Assembly: GCF_964355755.1 (NCBI RefSeq) | Contig: NC_092675.1 | Span: 27,004,912-27,068,911, forward strand | Source: Antedon mediterranea | Taxonomy: Eukaryota; Animalia; Echinodermata | Length of the DNA: 64,000 bases | Reading direction: 5' to 3' | Shown here: positions 13,901 to 26,000 of the stretch, in pieces | How positions within the stretch are numbered: the stretch's first letter is position 1 | Layout of the letters: every line of letters starts with the position of its first letter | Position numbers and translations under genes: made by a program | The notes under the pieces: generated by a model | What the model was told of the DNA's origin: nothing | What the model saw: only the letters and a program-made list of their open reading frames with translations | The model's database searches: none

Positions 13901-15023
13901 CTCCTAAATGTTTGGTGTTGACAATATTTCCTCTTTGCGTTTTTGAGTGACATTTTGAGTTGCATAATTATTTTTAATGAGAAACACGTAAAAGTACTTG
14001 AACACAAGGGCTTATTGTTCGGTGTGAAAAGCGTGCGACTTGACAAGTCCGATCAGATGGAACTAATTACTGTTCGTTACCTAATTTGAGGTTTAATAAT
14101 CATCTCTCTGTTCATGGCTTAAGGAAAGCGTAACATAATTGGCGTTGAAACAAAGAAACTTATAGTGCGAGGCTGCTTTGGGAACATGCATGTAGGCCTA
14201 ATCAGACTGGCCATCAGACCTCTCCCACTCCCCAATCTCGACAAATTCACCCTCTTCTCCAACGCCCCCACCCCTTTACTCCTTCACTCCTTCAACAAAT
14301 CAAAGATTGAACAAAACAACATCGAGATCCTATTTGTAGGCATATAAAAGCAATTTAAACTGCTGTTTTTTTGTAAATGCACCAATCGGCGGTGTGTTAT
14401 ATTGGGGTGGGGAGATCAGAGAATTCTTCTGCGGCAAATACATTTAGTAAGCTATTACCCTCAGTAAAACGGCCCGGTACCAACTTTACTTGTTGCATGC
14501 ATTGCGGTTCAAAGGGGGACTTAAAAGGAACTTAAAGCAGCTCCTCGGTGCGTGAGGAAAATATTAATTACGAATGTAACACCCATGACTCATGTATAAA
14601 GGAAATGACAAACCGATAAAACCAAATGATTAATGGCGGAATCCCTCAACGCACCTATAATCAAATTCTCATGAGATGCTTAAATGCATCTATCAAAACA
14701 TGAAAACTAAAACATGTTTATAACGTTTATTATAACTTTAGATCGAATTCGTTTCTACTATACAGAGTTTAAAATGTGCCTATTAATCCGCTACTGTTTT
14801 AAATGTCTTAATATAAATAATATGGAGGTATAATACAATATATACCCCTTCGTGATTTATATACCAGCACAACATTAAATACCATTTTCAATGGATCAAG
14901 TAGGCATGTAAACAATAACCAAACTATTAAATCTAATTATAATTTAGCCTAGGCCTTTCTTACCTGGACGGAATTCGTTACGGCAATGACGGCCAAAACA
15001 ATAGGAAACGTAGATGTCCACAT
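1951..15023 (-). CDS. ADAMTS metalloprotease, ADAMTS2/3/14 (procollagen N-proteinase)-like, multi-exon
   Basis: Approximate exons: 14964-15023 (signal MWTSTFPIVLAVIAVTNSVQ), 13746-13779, 13190-13455 and 12498-12666 (prodomain), 12233-12372 (furin site RNRR then YIETLLV), 11611-11694, 10763-10910 (HYDLALFLTR), 9636-9741 (MC..RSCALVQDEGFTTSFAIAQEIGH), 8236-8377 (LGLKHD..GSIM Met-turn..WSNCS), 7839-7989 and 7596-7705 (disintegrin-like), 6792-6925 and 6580-6643 (TSR WGPWSAWGPCTKSCG), ~6050-6143, 5727-5867, 5427-5547 (Cys-rich DVCGVCDGDGSSC), 4785-4868, 4519-4682, 3821-4025 (spacer/TSR), 3415-3550, 2768-2981, 2352-2490 (TSRs) and 1951-2121 (PLAC, CCRSC). Confidence 0.9.
3217..3345. mobile_element. 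MITE family 1 copy
   Basis: tctacactatcaaactttgtgacaaaa ... ttttgtcactcataaagtttgatagtgta inverted ends. Confidence 0.7.
6283..6445. mobile_element. MITE family 2 (aagcttggttccca ... tgggaaccaagc TIR), Harbinger-like
   Basis: aagcttgattcccac at the left and gtgggaaccaagcg at the right. Related copies at 11816 and 28026. Confidence 0.65.
8580..9160. repeat. Intronic minisatellite cluster (one ~66-bp duplication and several ~55-bp units)
   Basis: Repeated caacccgcagacaagtaaatgagatatagggtctagatc and gactaggacaagcaattatgatcatttgaacacactaaagcaatccataaaagg units. Confidence 0.85.
11816..12162. mobile_element. MITE family 2 copy plus adjacent partial copy
   Basis: aagcttggttcccattggcgacgcgacgcaacgca ... 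tgcgttgcgttctagtggaaaccacgcttt (11816-12026), followed by a second acgcaa/ttgcgt-rich segment. GC-richer than the flanks. Confidence 0.65.
12740..13045. repeat. C/A-rich 9/18-bp minisatellite (ccacaacctctccaacac)n
   Basis: Directly visible; it produces the spurious PQ- and GC-rich ORFs. Confidence 0.9.
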
Positions 15024-17071
15024 GTTTCTTGTTAACTTCAAACTGTGTATAAGCCAACATTCAGCACAAACTGAAGGTAAAGATACTTCATAAACCAACA
15101 CATTGAATTATGACAATTTTTAAGGTGCGTGATGCTGTGTGCTGTCAAACCATAAACTGAAGTTTCTACCTGTCAAGAATATTTAGTTTGATTCGACACA
15201 AGTCGACATTTGGATCATATTTCCCGGTCTTCGTACAACAGCTAGCAATCGGTTTCAACTTCTATAAAAACAACACGTGACAATAACCGTCTGATTTAAA
15301 TAAAATATAAACAATTATATTTTTCCGACATTTGCCGAGTGTCCGGTCGATAAAAGAGTTCTTATGCGTATGATTTGTACAACGAAGACATTAGTATAAT
15401 TTCCGGAATTACGTACTCACCACAAGTTGATGATATTGACATCTGGCTTTAGTTGCTAAGCACGTTGTGTAAATAAGACGCCGATTGGTCGGCTCATAAT
15501 TAAGACAATTTAATGAGTAGGCCTATAATGTACAGTAGGTCTATATATATATATTCATAGAAGAAGGTGTATATAAAGTCCCATCACACAATAATTATGT
15601 GTCTATCTGTAAAATCAATTACCATGTAGGCACGCCACAGACCTAAACTTGAATTTGTTATCCTAAAAAATCAAATTATTATTATCAAACCCTGAAAATA
15701 AAAACATACCTTCCCATTGCTCAATTACACAAATTAGGTCTACATTGAATCAGAAGTTTAATTAAATCTAATTGTACCAGCATCGAAACTCGAAAGTGGG
15801 TAATATAATCGTAGTCGTAACCACAACTTAGAAATCGTGGGAGTCTACATAATTATTTGCACGATACGTTTGTTTTAGTCTTAACTTACATCTCATTGAA
15901 TCTTTAGGAAAAACGCTAGGAAAAACTTTTTACTCGTCCATGATGGCGCTCATCACGAAAAAGTGCTCATCATATTATATTTTACAGTATAAGATTTTGT
16001 GTTTTCTTGTTATATATTTTTAAAATAAACGTAACGATTATGTAAGTTATGCTGTATTTTTTAATCGCATTTAAAAAAATAATAATTCATTTATTCGAAT
16101 CAGTAATTTTAATTTTTTTCCTAATTTAATAATATTTTATATCTTTTTGAACGAGGATAGTTCTTAGTGATCAAAGTTGGGTCATAGTTCATCTAAATAT
16201 AGGAGGTGGTAAACAAAAAAAGGTTCGTCGAGAGAGAATGACTGACTAGCCTAGCCTAGGTAGGCCTTTGCTTTTTAACATAATATGCCTACATTATAAC
16301 AAGATAAGGTAGTCAACAAAAACGTTTATGATAGACTTGGCTAGGCCTAGGCCGTAATCTAGCATCATAGGCCCCAGCCTATCTAGGCCTACCTAGGCCT
16401 ACTACTAGCTAGTACTAGTAGTAGTAGGCCTACCTAGGGCTAGCCTAGGCCTAGCTAGCCTAGCCTAACTAGGCCTAGTACTAGTAGGCCTAGCTAGCTA
16501 GCTAGGTAGGCCTACTAGTAGGGGCGGGCGGGATATAATATAGACTAGCTAGGCGTACCTAGCAGTCCGTCTAGAATAAAGTAGTAGGCCTAGCCTAGAG
16601 AGTCTAGCATAGCCTGCTGGGTGCGATTATCTTGTTCTTGGCCTCCTAAAATAAATAAAACTTAAAAGCTAGCTAGCTAGTGCTGGCTACTAGCCTAGCT
16701 AGACCCTAACTGGCCCTAGCCTAGCCAGCCTTCTAGCCTAGTCCTTCGGTGTTCCCCAGCCAGTAGTAGCCCCAGGCGGGTGTTAGTTGGACCGCCCTGG
16801 CGAGTGTTATTAATATTAGTAGAACCGCCCTAACTAGATTATCATAGGCCCTAGCTAGGCTAAGCCACTTCCAGTTCACCAATAATGATTTTTATTTATT
16901 TTTTAAAAGTTATAATCTCTTCAAAATGGGTAAATAATGACAATATGAGCCTGATTATATTTAATCATATTATTTTGATTTTGAACATAGGCCTATATAA
17001 ACTATTTCAAAATGTAATTTCTTTTCATTCTTTCTTTTATCATATCAATCAAGAAGCTGCTAAACCTGACG
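15024..17071. promoter_or_regulatory. Divergent intergenic region between ADAMTS (-) and EFCAB7 (+), likely containing both promoters
   Basis: Start codons are about 2 kb apart head to head. An inverted CCAAT (gattggt) is at ~15483 and a GC-box-like ggggcgggcggg at ~16521. TSSs were not determined. Confidence 0.35.
16245..16865. repeat. Low-complexity block of short palindromes (CTAG, AGGCCT, AGCT, AGTACT) upstream of EFCAB7
   Basis: For example ctaggcctacctaggcctactactagctagtactagtagtagtaggcctacctagggctagcctaggcctagctagcc. Confidence 0.8.
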
Positions 17072-20000
17072 ATGTCTGTGAAAAGTTTTAAAAGTGCATC
17101 CAACTTCAGTGCATTGAATCCTGATGAGAAAAGCATTGATGATGAGTGCCGAATGACGTACAAACTGATTGTTGGCAACATGAAAGACAATATTAAATCC
17201 AAAAGCCAGCTCGTTCAAAGTAAGCAGACCTCCAAGTATCCGCATACCCAGGTAGCTGGGTGACTTGTAGTAGAGGGTCCTGCCACAGCAAACATGACTT
17301 AAAAGTTTCCTTTTCAAAAGATCAGGTGGTTTGTGCCCTTCTCTGAATCTACCTACAGTATGGTGAATTCTATCTGATTTGTCGGACTCTCTAATTTTAT
17401 CACTAAAAACCTACTTCAGTACAACAGATGTTGGAATAGCTCTTGGTCTAACCCCTAGCAATCAATATTATTTATTTGTTTTTTGTTAAACTTGCATAAT
17501 TAATTCTTTTTACTTATACAGTGTTGCACCATGCTGGGCGTAACCCCTCACAGAAGAGCCTTAAAACATACTGGAAGGACAATACAAGTAAGTATCAATG
17601 TCGCCATTAATTTTAAAATGTTGTTCTACTACCATAACAGTAGTAGAGTAGTCCATCTTCTAAAGTTCCATTTGTGAGTTAAATGGCAAATTTTTTAAAT
17701 AAAGTTTCTAATGCAATGTTTTTATTATTTTATACTAGCTTCATTAACATATCAAGACTTCTGCAAGATAATGAAAGATGAAAAAGTGATGAATGAACGT
17801 GAACTTGAGAAAGCTTTCAAAAAGATAGATGTGAATGGAGATGGCTTTATTACATATAAAGAATTGAAAAAGGTTTTAACTGGGGTAAGATGTGTATACA
17901 GTAGTCAACTTTCCCATATCTGGGCTAGCCAAATCAAAAATGTCAGTTTTCTAGGAAGTCTGCTATTCATAATACATTTAAAGATGTATAAACACATGAA
18001 ATAAAAATTAATAAAAAAAAAAAGATATTGAATAGTCCATTTCACAGTTTAAAAAAAAAAAAAAAAACTTTTCAATGTATTGTTACCAATTCTTGCTTTA
18101 AATTACATTTTTTTTTTATACAAATTTTGGTCAAAGGGAATAACTATTGATATTAAAATGGCCTATTCAACAAACAAATTTCATAAACAAAATTTGTTCA
18201 GGGTCACAATATATCTTTAATAGTAAAAGCATTGATTGATGGGGAAGTACAAAATAAGAACGGATTAGAACTGAAAAAGATAGGGGTTTTTTATTAGAAA
18301 TACCATAGTCTATCTAAATATACACTGGGTCACATACAATTCCCCTTATGTACCCATAGTTCCCCTTGATTTTATATAAGCTTGGTTGTTTTTTTTTAGA
18401 GAGGAGAAAAAATGTCTGAATCAGAAGTTAAGTCAATGATAAAAGAAGTTGATGAAGATGGTGATGAAAAGCTGAACTATACAGAGGTAAATTAATTACA
18501 TTCCTTTTGTTTCTATATCTGTAAAGTTTAAATAATGAAGAAACTTGCTAAAAATGATGATACTTTTTTTTTCAGTTTTGTAAGATGCTTATTTCAACCG
18601 TGGAACAATGCAAGAAAAAAGGTGCCGATAAGTTAAGCAGAATAGAGCACAGATCAAAGGATAGCAAGGCAAAGGCCGATTCATCATCTCGCAGAGGGAG
18701 CTCAAGAGATATCAAAAACGGTAAATGTTTAGATGTGGTCTTGAAAAATTGTATTGGGCAACCATGTAAAATGTTCTGTACTTATCATCATACACTCGCA
18801 TACATCGAGTTATAACGGTCTGAAGCTTATGTTATACACATTAGAAAACATACACATTGACACATTGGGAGACTCTAGTCTGTAGCTATTCCCCATTAAC
18901 CATGCTCTGTACCTCATTATTATGCACATATTAGACTGTGGTCTTTGCCTCTTATCATATAAAGGCATAAAATGGCAGTGGTTTTTTATCTCTTATTATG
19001 CATACACACACATAATCAAATGATAGTGGTTTTTTACCTCCTATTATGTAAACACATCCGCACGCACATTGTATTACAGTGGTTTTTTACCTCCTATTAT
19101 GTAAACACACATCCGCACGCACATTGTATTACAGTGGTTTTTTACCTCCTATTATGTAAACACACATCCGCACGCACATTGTATTACAGTGGTTTTTTAC
19201 CTCCTATTATGTAAACACACATCCGCACGCACATTGTATTATAGTGGTTTTTTACCTCCTATTATGTAAACACACATCCGCACGCACATTGTATTACAGT
19301 GGTTTTTTACCTCCTATTATGTAAACACACATCCGCACGCACATTGTATTATAGTGGTTTTTTACCTCCTATTATGTAAACACACATCCGCACGCACATT
19401 GTATTATAGTGGTTTTTTACCTCCTATTATGTAAACACACATCCGCACGCACATTGTATTACAGTGGTTTTTTACCTCCTATTATGTAAACACACATCCG
19501 CACGCACATTGTATTATAGTGGTTTTTTACCTCCTATTATGTAAACACACATCCGCACGCACATTGTATTATAGTGGTTTTTTACCTCCTATTATGTAAA
19601 CACACATCCGCACGCACATTGTATTATAGTGGTTTTTTACCTCCTATTATGTAAACACACATCCGCACGCACATTGTATTATAGTGGTTTTTTACCTCCT
19701 ATTATGTAAACACACATCCGCACGCTCATTGTATTATAGTGGTTTTTTACCTCCTATTATGTAAACACACATCCGCACGCACATTGTATTATAGTGGTTT
19801 TTTACCTCCTATTATGTAAACACACATCCGCACGCACATTGTATTATAGTGGTTTTTTACCTCCTATTATGTAAACACACATCCGCACGCACATTGTATT
19901 ATAGTGGTTTTTTACCTCCTATTATGTAAACACACATCCGCACGCACATTGTATTATAGTGGTTTTTTACCTCCTATTATGTAAACACACATCCGCACGC

Positions 20001-23000
20001 ACATTGTATTATAGTGGTTTTTTACCTCCTATTATGTAAACACACATCCGCACGCACATTGTATTATAGTGGTTTTTTACCTCCTATTATGTAAACACAC
20101 ATCCGCACGCACATTGTATGACAGTGGTTTTTTACCTCCCATTGTGTACATATCTAGTGTCCAACTGTTGATGGCACTCCCATCATCATCATCACACACC
20201 TGGCCTTAATAGTCTGTACCTCATTTATATACAATTTACTACTGCATTTTTTAGTTATGTTCAGAGATGGTACTCCCATCATCATCATCACACACCTGGC
20301 CTTAATAGTCTGTACCTCATTTATATACAATTTACTACTGCATTTTTTAGTTATGTTCAGAGATGGTACTCCCATCGTCATCACACACCGGGCCTTAATA
20401 GTCTGTACCTCATTTATATACAATTTACTACTGCATTTTTTAGTTATGTTCAGAGATGGTACTCCCATCATCATCACACACCGGGCCTTAATAATAGTCT
20501 GTACTTCATTTATATACAATTTACTACTGCATTTTTTAGTTATGTTCAGAGATGGTACTCCCATCGTCATCATCACACACCTGGCCTTAATAGTCTGTAC
20601 CTCATTTATATACAATTTACTACTGCATTTTTTAGTTATGTTCAGAGATGGTACTCCCATCGTCATCATCACACACCTGGCCTTAATAATAGTCTGTACC
20701 TCATTTATATACAATTTACTACTGCATTTTTTAGTTATGTTCAGAGATGGCACTCCCATCATCATCATCACACACCTGGCCTTAATAGTCTGTACCTCAT
20801 TTATATACAATTTACTACTGCATTTTTTAGTTATGTTCAGAGATGGTACTCCCATCGTCATCATCGCACACCTGGCCTTAATAATAGTCTGTACTTCATT
20901 TATATACAATTTACTACTGCATTTTTTTTTTATGTTCAGAGATGGTACTCCCATCATCATCGCACACCTGGCCTTAATAATAGTCTGTACTTCATTTATA
21001 TACAATTTACAACTACATTTTTTTTTATGTTCAGAGATGGTACTCCCATCATCATCACACACCTGGCCTTAATAATAGTCTGTACTTCATTTATATACAA
21101 TTTACTACTACATTTTTTTTTTATGTTCAGAGATGGTACTCCCATCATCATCGCACACCTGGCCTTAATAATAGTCTGTACTTCATTTATATACAGTTTA
21201 CTACTGCATTTTTTAGTTATGTTCAGAGATGGTACTCCCATCGTCATCATCACACACCTGGCCTTAATAATAGTCTGTACTTCATTTATATACAATTTAC
21301 TACTGCATTTTTTTTTTATGTTCAGAGATGGTACTCCCATCATCATCGCACACCTGGCCTTAATAATAGTCTGTACTTCATTTATATACAATTTACTACT
21401 GCATTTTTTTTTTATGTTCAGAGATGGTACTCCCATCATCATCGCACACCTGGCCTTAATAATAGTCTGTACTTCATTTATATACAATTTACAACTACAT
21501 TTTTTTTTTATGTTCAGAGATGGTACTCCCATCATCATCACACACCTGGCCTTAATAATAGTCTGTACTTCATTTATATACAATTTACTACTACATTTTT
21601 TTTTTATGTTCAGAGATGGTACTCCCATCGTCATCACACACCTGGCCTTAATAATAGTCTGTACTTCATTTATATACAATTTACTACTACATTTTTTTTT
21701 TATGTTCAGAAATGGTACTCCCATCGTCATCACACACCTGGCTTTAATAATAGTCTGTACTTCATGTATATACAATTTACTACTACATTTTTTTTTTATG
21801 TTCAGAGATGGTACTCCCATCGTCATCACACACCTGGCCTTAATAATAGTCTGTACCTCCTTTATATACAATTTACTTTTATGTTTTTTTTTATGTACAG
21901 ACCGACGTCCAAGCTCATCAGAATCCAAGATAAGAAGGCGGGATTCAAGTTCCTCAAAAACAAAGAAGTCGGAACCTGTTCAATTCACCCTTCCAGCAGT
22001 AACACGTGTGGCGCCCCGTGTAACGGAACCACGCATGCTCAAGTCGTGGCACCATGTATTCAGTAAAGGATGCTTCCATTTTGAGGAGAATGGCTCGATT
22101 ATTTCACATCAGTATTTATTAGAACTACCAACAGCATCTACAGTATGGATGACAATAAAACCATCTATATTAAAACCAGGTAAAAACTACTACAGTAGAT
22201 AAATCATGAATAATACCACCAAACTTACGAGTTAGGATGACTATAGCGAGGCATTTAATAAAAAGGCAAATTGCCTTAAAATGTAAATGTGACATGTTTC
22301 AAGAAACTATTCTCATCATCAGAACAGTAAACAACACCTAAAGTGCTTATATACCAATAGGACATATTTTATGTAAATAAGTAAGTAATTAGCATAATAA
22401 AACTACAGTAGAACTCCTAAGAAGATAACGTCAGGACCAATCAAAGTGTCCCCTTAAAGCTCTGTCTACACTATCAAATGAGTTTGACAAAAAGTGTGAT
22501 GTGCTCAAATAGGCCGGTGATATGCCGAAATATGGTAGTGATATGACATCATCATGTCCATATATGGGCACATCACATTTCTTTGTCACATACAGTTTGA
22601 TAGTGTAGACAGAGCTATAAGGGATTTGATTCACTAAAGTGTCCCTTTAAACAGGCACCTCCTCCTCCTGAATACGAGTTTTACTGTATTTTAATTGTTA
22701 TGATCTGTTTTTGGTGATCATCAAAATACATATATTTTCATAAAATATTTTCTGACTTATTTCTGTGAGTCTATTGTTTATATTGTTAACAACCCTTTTT
22801 AAGTGTTATGTAACTCTTCCTTTTACTTATATTAAAATAAGTATATATTACTTTAAAATGAATACAGCATTGATACTCAATTTGTCTTAAAACAATATTT
22901 CAGATCAAAAGGTTATTGACACTTTGCTATTTATTGTTGAGCAAAATGATGATGGAACTTTAGGAGAGTATGTTGGCTACACACACCTTAAAAATCAACA

Positions 23001-26000
23001 GGTTTGATTTGTTTTTATGTTATTACTGTACTTTATTTTTTAGTGTCTGTGTGAATTTGTTTGTAGATGTATACATAACATGCAGTAACATCTTTATCTT
23101 TATCCAAACTATGAGAAAAGAATACTAAAAAATGTTTCCAATACTTTTTCTTTTATGCACAACTTATTCATTCGTTTATTCTTTATTTTGTAATCATTGT
23201 ACATATAAAAATATGACATAAAAAAAATTGACTCTTTATATACACAACTATACAAAAAAACCAGATACAATAACAATCATCCATCCATGGACCTGTTTGC
23301 ATCATCCATTGCTGAGCCATAAAGTACATTTCTCAGAATATTTTCTCAGAGAATATTTACGTAATGGGAAAATCTCATTTCATTTATGTCCCACCTTAAA
23401 CAGGGGATAGGATATTACATCTTCCCATAAAATAAATGTTAATTTCTTTTTAACATTTAATCATATCTATATATAAATTTACGTAAGGGCAAAATTCGGT
23501 AAATCGCGCGTTATTTCTAGAAAAATACTCGATGGCATGTAAAGTTGGTTCGTACTTTCGGTACTGATTTTAACCACCTGATGTAACCCTGTTTACTAAT
23601 TAAATTGAATTCGATAATTAGTTATTGACGATTAAAACGAATTTAGGTTCAACGATTTGCCCCAAATAGGGGTGTTTTCCGATCGTGGTATACACTGTCT
23701 AATGGATGTCCAATTTGAAAAATACGAGGACACTTCGTATTTTCCCATCTCCTCCTACGATAATTGTTTTTAATAGCTGAAAACCGGTTGAACAGTTCGA
23801 GTACAGCATCATAATGTTGAAGACAGGCCGATTTTATTTTAAAAATGCTATTTTGATAGATTTAATATACGTTTTTACAAATGTATTGATTTGCGATGAA
23901 TGGAATATTCCAATCTCTGTTCCACAAGTGTCTATTCCCTCAGGCGTCGTAAAGGCAAGTACTGTATACTCATAACAGAAATTCGATCCATTTTTTTTTT
24001 CAATCTGTGCTGCAGAGGTTGGATATACATTTTTTTTAAACAGATAATGAGCTAGCGTTTTCAGTCGCCGTATATTTATGTACAAATATTTATTATTGCA
24101 GTTAAACCACCCATCCCTCACTGGCATGAGTAGCGTTGTAAATCCAGTAGAGGATAGGCCTACAGTGCATCACATGCCCTAAACGCAGAACAACTTTGGT
24201 GGGTAGGGTAGGAACCAACTTAAGTATGAATTGGCTCTAAGAAACAATTGAAAACCATTAGGCCTACTAATTAAGTTGAGTTAGATAATTTAATATATAT
24301 TGACGATTAAGTCGAATTTATGATTTGCCCCGAATAGAGGTGGTTTTCACAAATTGTTTTACATTATATAAACATATACACGTTGTCGTAGTGATGTATC
24401 GTTACATGTACTGTAGGCCTACTGTACTATTTCAATCGACTAGGACGGTGATAGTTTCAACAAGTATTACATCGCAATGTTTTACTGTGTTTAGTGGTAT
24501 ATTAGTTGTACAACATGAAAACAATTAATATTTCGTTACTAAATGGATAAAGAATATATTTAAAAATTGTTCCTCTTTGCACCCATCCTCTTCCCCATCC
24601 CTCAACCCTAATGTTACATATAAAACACAAATTAAGTTTGTTTAAATTTGACACACATTTTGTGACAAGTTTCTTTTACGGAAGTAATTCCCAGGGTGCT
24701 AATTTTAGTTGAGTACATAAATCACAGTGACTATTTATTCGTTTCTGTAAACAACATGTATTATTGTTCTGCGGTACGTACATTTGAAATCGCCAGTTTT
24801 TTAACGCTGAAATTATTATGTATTCGAGAACCATCTGTGGGCACAACCTAGATGGTACGCGAGCGTACCATCTAATTTTAATAATTTAATCTAAAATTGC
24901 ATTCAGAAATTCAAAGGTCATATGTTTTGTAACCTAAATCTGTGCTGCAATTGACAGTAACAATAATATAATCCTATTAATTTCATTACAGAAATTTTGT
25001 CTTAATAAGAGCCTCAAAGCAGGAAGCTATCGTTTGATTCCATTCACTTCCGGATGTCTCTTTAAGCCTCGGACAAGGAAAATAAAAGACAAGGCCAAGT
25101 TAGTTGAACAAAGTGGGGATGAATATCAGCTGACTAAAGCCTTCAGGTGAGCATAGAGAGTGAGCCCTCAAACACTGCCAGTAAGAATGTGGAAATTTGA
25201 TCTGGAATTGTGTTGTAGGTCATACCCAGGATGCATTATTTTTTTTCCTATCTGGTTACAGCAGAAATCATGAATAATACACTATTTTCTGTGATAAAAG
25301 AATTTCAAGATAACTGACCTATCTAAATTTAACTGAACCTAACCCTCTTTATAATCTATCGATGAGTATCGATACCTTAGACCATTGAGGTATTATACGT
25401 CCATACCACTTGACCAATCATTTTAGCTTGGCGAACACTAGTTTAATCCAATTTTTTTTAATATATTTGACAATAAATGCTGTGCAAGCAGCGCATTCAT
25501 GAAAAATTTCAATTTAAAGAAGAAATATTAATTATCACAAATAGAAATAATTCATTGGCATTAACGCAAATTATAGAGGGCAGTGTGCATGTAGAATTAC
25601 TGACGGTAGATATAATAATGTAGTATGTTATGGAGTGGGTGCCTTTGGCTGATTTAAATGTATATAAACAATACAAAGAAAAAATAAGTATAGTGCTCAT
25701 GAACAATCAAGAAATGATGAAAACATTTCTCTGGCTGGATTCAAATCTGTTACTAGTTTTTGACATTTAAAAAAAAATCTGATGATTCAAGGAATGTGGA
25801 CAGAGGTTATATTTATGTGAGAAACTGGTACTGTATATAAATATTAGTATGTAATTGTTGTGTTCAGAACTACAATGATAGTTACTACTAGTCTACTGTA
25901 CAGGCAATTCACGTCGGACGGCATACCTGCAGCAAAACAAAGAACAAAAATGTTGAATTAATGATGAATTTACTTTCATTGTATTTATATGCAATTTGGG

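Noticed and set aside
15452-15465. RFX X-box-like gttgctaagcac upstream of ciliary EFCAB7
   Set aside because: The second half-site is imperfect and the TSS is unknown, so it cannot be supported.
18975-20150. CRISPR-like regular array
   Set aside because: The units are contiguous with no unique spacers, there are no cas genes, and the context is a eukaryotic intron. The same applies to 59195-61430.
20154-21928. Long ORFs of 271-391 aa on both strands
   Set aside because: They are products of a 93-99-bp intronic tandem repeat lacking stops. Only 21901-22179 is a real EFCAB7 exon.
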